Positions 13,110 through 18,825 of a DNA stretch of 32,284 bases are shown here, piece by piece. Positions within the stretch are counted from its first letter, which is position 1. Every line of letters starts with the position of its first letter. Below the pieces are notes generated by a model, which was not told the DNA's origin, searched no databases, and saw nothing but the letters and a program-made list of their open reading frames with translations. This DNA comes from Alphaproteobacteria bacterium (lineage in GTDB: Bacteria > Pseudomonadota > Alphaproteobacteria > MPNO01 > DASWLB01), in assembly GCA_036396315.1 (NCBI GenBank), contig DASWLB010000382.1:1-32284 (forward strand), read 5' to 3'. The position numbers and the translations under genes were made by a program.

Positions 13110-13496
13110 TCAGAGCGGATCGCGCCCGTAGCGCCCGCCGTTGCCCGGCGCGTTCAATAGGCGCTCCAGCACGATGCCGAGCTGCTGCTGGACCCCGTCC
13201 AGCTTCCGGTCGATGCCGGTCAATTGCTCGGTCTGGCGGATGTCGTTCTCGCGCACGCGCTGGAGCGATCTCGACTGCGCCTCGATGGCGTCCGACTGCT
13301 CCGCGATCTCGTCCGACTGGGCGTCGAGTTTCGTATTCACATCCTTGATTTCCTGCGACTTGGCCGGGGTGTCGAGCCAGCCGACGGCGACGAACCACGC
13401 GATCACCGCCCAGAACGCGCAGATGTACGGGCCGGCGTGCTTGGCCAGCCGCCACATCTCGGTTTTGTGCTCGACGATATATTCGTGCGCGTTCAT
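13110..13496 (-). CDS. i-spanin (Rz)-like protein: N-terminal TM plus coiled coil (128 aa)
   Basis: TM segment GPYICAFWAVIAWFVAVGWL, followed by a charged heptad-like region (KDVNTKLDAQSDEIAEQSDAIEAQSRSLQRVRENDIRQTEQL). It is the last gene of the lysis cassette and its start overlaps the upstream stop (ATGA). Confidence 0.5.
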   Translation of the reverse strand: MNAHEYIVEHKTEMWRLAKHAGPYICAFWAVIAWFVAVGWLDTPAKSQEIKDVNTKLDAQSDEIAEQSDAIEAQSRSLQRVRENDIRQTEQLTGIDRKLDGVQQQLGIVLERLLNAPGNGGRYGRDPL

Positions 13497-13822
13497 CTCA
13501 CCGCCTTCAGGGCGACGGTGCCAATGATGAGCGTGCTGGCGATATCATCCCACGGCCCCGGCAGCGCCCACAGCCCCACTGCCGCCGCGAGATGCCCGAG
13601 CGCCCAGAACAGCGCGACCAGCACCGTGCGCGAGCCCTTGAGGCTCGCCCGCGTGTCCTGGACCGGCGCCGGCGCCGGCTCGCCCCGCGCCGCGGCGAGG
13701 GCGCCGAGGCCGAGGTTGACCGCCTCGGGGATCAGGAGCGCGAGCGGGCCGCCGATCGCGGCGCCGCCGATCCGGGCGGCGAGGCGCAGGAACTTGCCGC
13801 CGAACGGCAGCTTGATGGGCAT
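13493..13822 (-). CDS. Multi-TM membrane protein, holin/antiholin-like (109 aa)
   Basis: Three hydrophobic segments. It sits between a holin-like and a spanin-like gene and is coupled to both neighbours (TGATG and ATGA). Confidence 0.5.
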   Translation of the reverse strand: MPIKLPFGGKFLRLAARIGGAAIGGPLALLIPEAVNLGLGALAAARGEPAPAPVQDTRASLKGSRTVLVALFWALGHLAAAVGLWALPGPWDDIASTLIIGTVALKAVR

Positions 13823-14073
13823 CAGAATTTCCTCCCCGGCGGTGTGGTCGTCATCTGGCGGAGCAGGAACACGATGAACGCGGTCCCTGCGCCGACGGCG
13901 CCGAGCTCGGCGTCCGATGACACGATGTCGAATGCGCCGGACGCCTGAAGCGCCGTGCCGAGCGCGAGCAGCGCGGTGAAGATGCGCGTCTTCCAGCCCG
14001 TGAGCGCGTCGATCTCGTTGGCGACGACAAGCGCGACGCCGAGGACGACGAAGAATCCGATGATGTAAATCAT
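13822..14073 (-). CDS. Holin-like protein with three predicted TM segments (83 aa)
   Basis: Sequence MIYIIGFFVVLGVALVVANE...RIFTALLALGTALQASGAF...LGAVGAGTAFIVFLL with a charged C-terminal tail. SD AGGAGAG lies 6 nt before the ATG at 14073. It is immediately downstream of the endolysin. Confidence 0.6.
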   Translation of the reverse strand: MIYIIGFFVVLGVALVVANEIDALTGWKTRIFTALLALGTALQASGAFDIVSSDAELGAVGAGTAFIVFLLRQMTTTPPGRKF

Positions 14074-14089
14074 TTGGTCGCTCTCCTGT

Positions 14090-14794
14090 TCAGATGCCGC
14101 CGAACAGCGACAGCACCATGTCGACGAACTGGCTCCAGTTGGCCGCGATCACCGCGCCGAGCGCGACCAGCGCGGCGATGAGGGCGGCGATCCCGCCCCG
14201 GCCCCGGCGCGCGGGCTCCACCGCCGGCTCCGGCTCCGGCGCGCCCGTCCGCGCCAGCGCCATCACCTCGGCGAGCAGCGCCTCGATGCGCTCGGGCGCG
14301 ACCAGCGCCCGGTTGCGGCCATCGCCGGCGTAGTAGCTCTGGCCGCGCTTAACCTCGCGCGTGCCGCGACGGGTCGGCGCCAGCACCGGCAGCGAGGCCC
14401 ACTCCATCGCGAGGTTGCGGGCGAACGCCACGGGCGAAATCTCGCCGGCGATGAACCGGGCGAGGCCGCGCCGCTCGAGGAGCGCCATGGCCAGCCGGTC
14501 CTGAAGGTCGGGGCTCATGACCGCGCGGCCGGACAGCCCGAGCGCGGCCTGGAGCCCCTGAAGCGTCGCGCGCATGAACTGGTAGGCGCCGGCCGCCGAG
14601 GAGCCCCACCGCGCCGCGCGCGCGCCGCCGCCGGCGATCACCTCGGCGATCGTCGATCTGGTCACCGGCTTGGGCAATTCGGCCTGGTGGTGGCCGTAGA
14701 CGACATCGTAGGCCTCGCGCCCGGTCCTGCCGGTCTCGGTCCGCCGGATGAATTCGAGCAGGCGGCCCGCCGCCGCGGCATAGCCCGGCGCCAT
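14090..14794 (-). CDS. Lambda-R-like lysozyme / lytic transglycosylase (GH104-type) with a C-terminal TM segment (234 aa)
   Basis: RRTETG...YDVVYGHH...AAGAYQFMRATLQGL...MSPDLQDRLAMALLERRGL...MEWASLP lines up with lambda R (WSEGT...YDVIVGG...GAGRYQLL...FSPKSQD...IWASLP). The C-terminus GGIAALIAALVALGAVIAANW is a hydrophobic helix. Confidence 0.8.
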   Translation of the reverse strand: MAPGYAAAAGRLLEFIRRTETGRTGREAYDVVYGHHQAELPKPVTRSTIAEVIAGGGARAARWGSSAAGAYQFMRATLQGLQAALGLSGRAVMSPDLQDRLAMALLERRGLARFIAGEISPVAFARNLAMEWASLPVLAPTRRGTREVKRGQSYYAGDGRNRALVAPERIEALLAEVMALARTGAPEPEPAVEPARRGRGGIAALIAALVALGAVIAANWSQFVDMVLSLFGGI

Positions 14795-14795
14795 C

Positions 14796-17150
14796 TCACA
14801 ACCCCCAGTTGGCGACTGGAAGCACGATGAAGCGGTAGCCCGTGCTCGCGAGGTCGACCGCGCCGACGTTGTGGTTGGTGAGGGTGATCGACACCGTGTT
14901 GGTGGCCGAGACCCACGCCGTCACCTGCACCCGATCCAGCGTCGTCCCCGCGCCGATGGCCGCCGCGATCACCAGATCGCCAACGGCCGCGCCGGTGACG
15001 GTGAAATCCCGGGTGTCGCTGGCCCCTGCCGCCACGCTCGGCCAGTCGAAGGTGATCGTGGCCGAGAGCACCGCCTCGTCGAGCGGCCGGCGGAAGGTCT
15101 TTGTCCACGCCGACACCAGCGCCGGCGTGCCGGAGACCGCCTGGCACTGCCGCACCGAGCCGACGACGCTGGCGCCGACCGAAATCCCGGCGACGACATA
15201 CGTCGAGAACGTCGTGTTCTCGATGATCGACGTGAGCAGGGACGAGGCCGCGAGGACAATCGCGTAGTCCTTGTTGACCGACCCGTCGAACATGTTGCAG
15301 CCGATCACGCTGAGCGCGTACGACCCGCCGGCGGTCGCGCCGGTCCTGATGTCGAATCCGCCGTTCGCCTCGAAATAGCAGTTGTAGAAGCCGACGTGCC
15401 GGCCGCTCTGGACGATGTCGACGCCCTCGGTCGTGTTGCCCTCGATGGCGGTGCCAAAGAAGGAAATTCCGAGCGCGGTGTCGATGTGAACGGCCTTGTC
15501 GTTGGCGACAATCTCGCCGCCGAAGACGCACCAGGCATTCGGCCCGACCGTCTCCGCGTCGTCGCGGCCCAGCCACAGGCCCGTATCGGCGCAGCCCGTG
15601 ATCAGCGGGCTGTACATGTCGATCAGGTAGGCGCCCTTCGACTGGAGGCCATGGCCGGTCGATGCCAGGATGAACAGGTCGCGAATGACGCTCCTGATCG
15701 GCGCCTGCCCGGAGCCCGCCTGGCCGAGAAGCTGCACCGCCGGGCCCGCGGTGCCGCTCCGGTCGATCCTGATCCGCTCGATGCCCCAGTACGGCCGGGT
15801 CTCGGGATCGGAGATCGCGTCGACGATGACCGCCGCGCCGTCGCCGGTCAGAAACGAGCCGACGCCCTCGCCGACCAGGCGGTTCTTTTGGTCCAAATAG
15901 AAATCGCTGGCCAGCTCATAAAAGCCCGCCGCGGCCGGCACGAAAATGGTCCCGCCATCGGCGGGGAGCTGCTTCTGCGCCGCGTGGAGCGCGGGAGTGT
16001 TGTCGGTCGTGCCGCTGTCCGAGGCCGCCCCGAACCAGCGGATGTTCACCGGGCCGGAGACCTGGCGCACCCACGCCCCGGCGGCGCCGGTGATATCGGC
16101 GTCGGCGTCGGCGGTCACGTAGACGCCCATCAGCGGATCGAAGTGCTCGTGCACGGTCACCGCCGTGGTGCCGGTGAGATCGACCGGCGTGCCCGCGACC
16201 GCGAGCGCGTAGGTCGACGCGAGCCTGAAATTGTCCGCGTCGACCTTGATCACGTAGTAGATCGTCTGTAGCGCGAGGCCGTTGACCGCGGTCGTGGTGA
16301 CGGCCGCGTCCCCGGTGTGGAGGCCGTGCGCGACACTGGTGATCGTTTCGGTCGTCGCGTTGACGGCCGAGCTGGCGATGGCGCCCCCGAGCAATGTCGC
16401 CGAGAGGTCCGAGGCGTCCCAGCGGAATATTCCCCCGCCCCCGTCACCGGCGGCGGCACGGCCCCTGAGCACCACCGCGCCGAAGCTCGCCGGCGCCAGC
16501 GCCTCGAGCGCCGTCAGGGTTGCCACCTGCCCGACCGGCGGATCGGTCAGCTCGAAGCCGGTCTCGCCGGGCTCGACCCGGAGGAACTTGAGGGCGTCGC
16601 CGGCTCCGACCGCCGGCAGGTCGACCCCGGCCGCCGAGGCGGCCGCGGCGGCCTCCGAGGCCGCGGCGTTGGTCTCCGAGACCGCGGCCGCCGCCGCGCT
16701 CGCGTCCGCCTCGGCGGCGCTGACGGCGGCGAGCTCGGCGGCCACCTCGGCGGCGATGTCGGGGATCTGGTCGGCGTCGCGCCGGACCTCCTGGAGCACC
16801 GCCGCCATCCTGGCGAGCTCGGTGTCGAGCCGCTGGGCGCGGATCGCGCCGCCCTGGGCAACGTCGATCGTCTGCTCGTGGACCCGCTTGCCGCGGATGC
16901 GGATTTGCTCGCCCGCTGTCCGGCCGGCGTCGAACACGACGGAAAAGGTGCCGGGCAGGCTCTCGCTCGCGGTCACGGTGAAGCCGGATGTGAGTGTCGC
17001 CCACAAGGTCGCTCCGACCGGCTTGGAGGCGACCTCGACATCGGCGGTGTCGAACAGGAGCCAGGCGACCGGGCCGAACGTCGTCTGGCCCGCGCTCGCG
17101 GTGAGGATGGTCTCCCGGGTCCCCCGCGGGACGGGGTACAGCTGGCTCAT
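14796..17150 (-). CDS. Tail fiber/tailspike with a pectate-lyase-type beta-helix domain (784 aa)
   Basis: The ATG at 17150 has SD AAGGGGG upstream. The N-terminal virion-attachment-like domain is followed by an Ala-rich coiled region. NIRWFGAASDSGTTDNTPALHAAQKQLPADGGTIFVPAAGFYEL is typical of the Pectate_lyase_3 tailspike fold. The gene occupies the gp17 position. Confidence 0.75.
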   Translation of the reverse strand: MSQLYPVPRGTRETILTASAGQTTFGPVAWLLFDTADVEVASKPVGATLWATLTSGFTVTASESLPGTFSVVFDAGRTAGEQIRIRGKRVHEQTIDVAQGGAIRAQRLDTELARMAAVLQEVRRDADQIPDIAAEVAAELAAVSAAEADASAAAAAVSETNAAASEAAAAASAAGVDLPAVGAGDALKFLRVEPGETGFELTDPPVGQVATLTALEALAPASFGAVVLRGRAAAGDGGGGIFRWDASDLSATLLGGAIASSAVNATTETITSVAHGLHTGDAAVTTTAVNGLALQTIYYVIKVDADNFRLASTYALAVAGTPVDLTGTTAVTVHEHFDPLMGVYVTADADADITGAAGAWVRQVSGPVNIRWFGAASDSGTTDNTPALHAAQKQLPADGGTIFVPAAAGFYELASDFYLDQKNRLVGEGVGSFLTGDGAAVIVDAISDPETRPYWGIERIRIDRSGTAGPAVQLLGQAGSGQAPIRSVIRDLFILASTGHGLQSKGAYLIDMYSPLITGCADTGLWLGRDDAETVGPNAWCVFGGEIVANDKAVHIDTALGISFFGTAIEGNTTEGVDIVQSGRHVGFYNCYFEANGGFDIRTGATAGGSYALSVIGCNMFDGSVNKDYAIVLAASSLLTSIIENTTFSTYVVAGISVGASVVGSVRQCQAVSGTPALVSAWTKTFRRPLDEAVLSATITFDWPSVAAGASDTRDFTVTGAAVGDLVIAAAIGAGTTLDRVQVTAWVSATNTVSITLTNHNVGAVDLASTGYRFIVLPVANWGL

Positions 17151-17209
17151 GGTCGCGCCCCCTTTCACGCCGATGATGCCGGCGCGCCGGGGCGGTTAAA
17201 CGTGAGGCG

Positions 17210-18070
17210 TCAGCTCTCGCCCGCGTCTCCATCCGCCTCGCCCGTGTGGCCGAGGCCCGCCACCAGCTCCCACGGCACGCAGACGCCGTAATCCGCCGGC
17301 CCGCCGAACTTCATGGTGTGGCGGAACGCGCCGGCGAGCCCGGCGAGCGCGGCCGCATGCGCTCCGTCCTGCCAGCGGGTGCCGGCGAACAGCGCCCGGA
17401 TCCGGCCCTTCGACGCGATCCCGAGATCGCCGTTGATCCGCCGCACCCCGAAGGCGAGCGCCGTGTCCGGGGCGGCCTCGACAAGCTCGGCCAACGGCGT
17501 CCCGTGCACCCCCTGCGCGAGCAGATAGGCGAGGCACGCCCCGCCCTCGGCCTCGGGATCGGTGTCGGTCCCGCCACAGGCGGCGTCGAACTCCGGCAGG
17601 TACGGCAGCGGCGTCTCCCGCCACAGCGCCCGCGCCGCGACGACGCCGAACACGTGGCGCGCCTCGCGCACCATCGAGAGCGCCGGCGCGAGGTCGGCCG
17701 CCATCCGCGCGCTGACGCCGCCGGCCCCGGCGGCGGGCGCGCGTCCGATCTCGAACCGGCCGTGCCGCCGGAGCGCCGGCAGCACCTCGTGCGCGAGCCA
17801 GCGCTTGAACCGCTCGGCGACCTCGGTCCGCGAGGTGAACACCAGCCGGTAGACCCCCGGCTCGGAGATCACGATCATGTTCCGGGCGCCGCGTTGGGTG
17901 GGTATATTGTACCCACCCTTTTCGTCGTCATCGAGCCGCCCGAGCGCCTGGTGGTGGTCGCTGATCTCCAGGCACCGGCACACGTCGCGGCCGACGAACC
18001 ACGGCTCGGCGTCGATCTCGATCGCCCGCACCGCCTCGTCCTCGAAGTCGAACACGGCGATCTCGTTCAT
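17210..18070 (-). CDS. Bro-N domain protein / putative antirepressor (286 aa)
   Basis: FDFEDEAVRAIEIDAEPWFVGRDVCRCLEI...LGRLDDDEKG...MIVISEPGVYRLVFTSRTEVAERFKRWLAHEVLPALRRHG matches the Bro-N (prophage antirepressor) domain pattern. The C-terminal ~170 aa were not recognised. Confidence 0.8.
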   Translation of the reverse strand: MNEIAVFDFEDEAVRAIEIDAEPWFVGRDVCRCLEISDHHQALGRLDDDEKGGYNIPTQRGARNMIVISEPGVYRLVFTSRTEVAERFKRWLAHEVLPALRRHGRFEIGRAPAAGAGGVSARMAADLAPALSMVREARHVFGVVAARALWRETPLPYLPEFDAACGGTDTDPEAEGGACLAYLLAQGVHGTPLAELVEAAPDTALAFGVRRINGDLGIASKGRIRALFAGTRWQDGAHAAALAGLAGAFRHTMKFGGPADYGVCVPWELVAGLGHTGEADGDAGES

Positions 18071-18261
18071 TGCAGGCCTCCGCCAAGGCTCCGCTCGTGC
18101 GCCTCGGCGTTGCGCCCGATCACATGGATCAGCGCCAGCTCGAACGCCTCCTCGAAGCTGTCCCCCGCCGACTGGCGCTCGTGGATGAACGCGCCGAACC
18201 GCACCAGCGTCGCGAAGGTGACCGGCTTGTCGAAGTGGTCGTAATAGGGATCGTGGGCCAT
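18067..18261 (-). CDS. Hypothetical protein (64 aa), first gene of the antirepressor cassette
   Basis: The ATG at 18261 has SD AGGAG 7 nt upstream. Its stop overlaps the Bro-N ATG (ATGA). Sequence MAHDPYYDHFDKPVTFATLVRFGAFIHERQSAGDSFEEAFELALIHVIGRNAEAHERSL... Confidence 0.55.
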   Translation of the reverse strand: MAHDPYYDHFDKPVTFATLVRFGAFIHERQSAGDSFEEAFELALIHVIGRNAEAHERSLGGGLQ

Positions 18262-18264
18262 CGG

Positions 18265-18296
18265 GCCGCTCCTACGTTGCGAATTGCCGGAGCGGC
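18265..18296 (-). promoter_or_regulatory. Hairpin sequestering the SD of the 64-aa gene
   Basis: mRNA sense: GCCGCUCC (18296-18289), a 16-nt loop, then GGAGCGGC (18272-18265), followed by CCG and the AUG. This is an 8-bp perfect stem, and its 3' arm carries the SD GGAG. Confidence 0.45.
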
Positions 18297-18419
18297 GCGC
18301 TTTTCTAGTGTCGCGGTGCCCCGGGGGCTAGAAAACCCGACGTAGGACGGGCCGATCGCTTTTAGGCTTGCGCCCTGGACAGAACGACCGCCCCCGGAGG
18401 AAAAGCCGGAAACGCGAAA

Positions 18420-18458
18420 GCCGCCTGACGGTCCCCGAAGGGATGGCGGCCTGCCGCC
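18420..18458 (-). terminator. Mutually exclusive hairpins (attenuator-like) in the cassette leader
   Basis: mRNA-sense segments are: 1 = GGCGG (18458-18454), 2 = GCCGCC (18450-18445), 3 = GGCGGC (18425-18420). Pairing 2:3 encloses a UCCC-UUCG-GGGA tetraloop hairpin and is followed by UUUCGCGUUUC. Pairing 1:2 (loop CAGG) would preclude 2:3. The U-tract is interrupted, so terminator function is uncertain. Confidence 0.35.
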
Positions 18459-18488
18459 CACGTTGGAGTTCTCTAGGCTCCGTCGACT

Positions 18489-18517
18489 AGATTCGGCGCG
18501 TTCGCCCGCCGTGTCAA
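18489..18517 (-). promoter_or_regulatory. Sigma70-like promoter candidate TTGACA-N17-GAATCT
   Basis: On the minus strand there is a perfect -35 TTGACA (18517-18512), a 17-nt spacer and a -10-like GAATCT (18494-18489). It lies just downstream of the 63-aa ORF's stop and about 220 nt upstream of the ATG at 18261. Confidence 0.4.
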
Positions 18518-18521
18518 GGCG

Positions 18522-18713
18522 TCACATCATCACCCAGCGGAGCAACCCCCAATAGATGGGCCAGATCACGCTGAGAAAACCATTCACCAGGATGGCGACG
18601 AACCAGTTCCAGGAATTGTAATCATAGCCATCAAAGAACGTGAGATAGACCATCGTGGCAGGCACGCCGATCGAATAAATGTTCACGAAGACACTGGCAA
18701 AGCGCCATTCCAT
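18522..18713 (-). CDS. Small two-TM hydrophobic protein (63 aa) in an AT-rich islet
   Basis: Sequence MEWRFASVFVNIYSIGVPATMVYLTFFDGYDYNSWNWFVAILVNGFLSVIWPIYWGLLRWVMM, aromatic-rich with two TM helices. SD GGGAGGA lies 7 nt before the ATG at 18713. Confidence 0.6.
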   Translation of the reverse strand: MEWRFASVFVNIYSIGVPATMVYLTFFDGYDYNSWNWFVAILVNGFLSVIWPIYWGLLRWVMM

Positions 18714-18717
18714 TGGG

Positions 18718-18825
18718 TCATCCTCCCGTTAGAGGGCGAATGTTATCTACAATTAAGATGACGATCAATAGAATTGACCAGCCAATAACAAGGGCGGGTC
18801 CCCAGCGCCACAGGAAGCGGTTCAC
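18718..18825 (-). CDS. Very small single-TM ORF (35 aa, GTG start)
   Basis: The GTG at 18825 overlaps the TGA of the upstream 806-aa gene (GTGA). Sequence VNRFLWRWGPALVIGWSILLIVILIVDNIRPLTGG. Its last codons contain the SD of the 63-aa ORF. It is too short for the ORF track and is supported only by coupling and hydrophobicity. Confidence 0.4.
   Translation of the reverse strand: MNRFLWRWGPALVIGWSILLIVILIVDNIRPLTGG

Noticed and set aside
18262-18521. A tRNA, tmRNA or other classical RNA gene in the structured 260-bp gap.
   Set aside because: I found no T-loop (GGTTCGAATCC-like) or cloverleaf arrangement on either strand. The hairpins are better explained as a leader or attenuator. I cannot formally exclude a novel small RNA without tRNAscan/Infernal.
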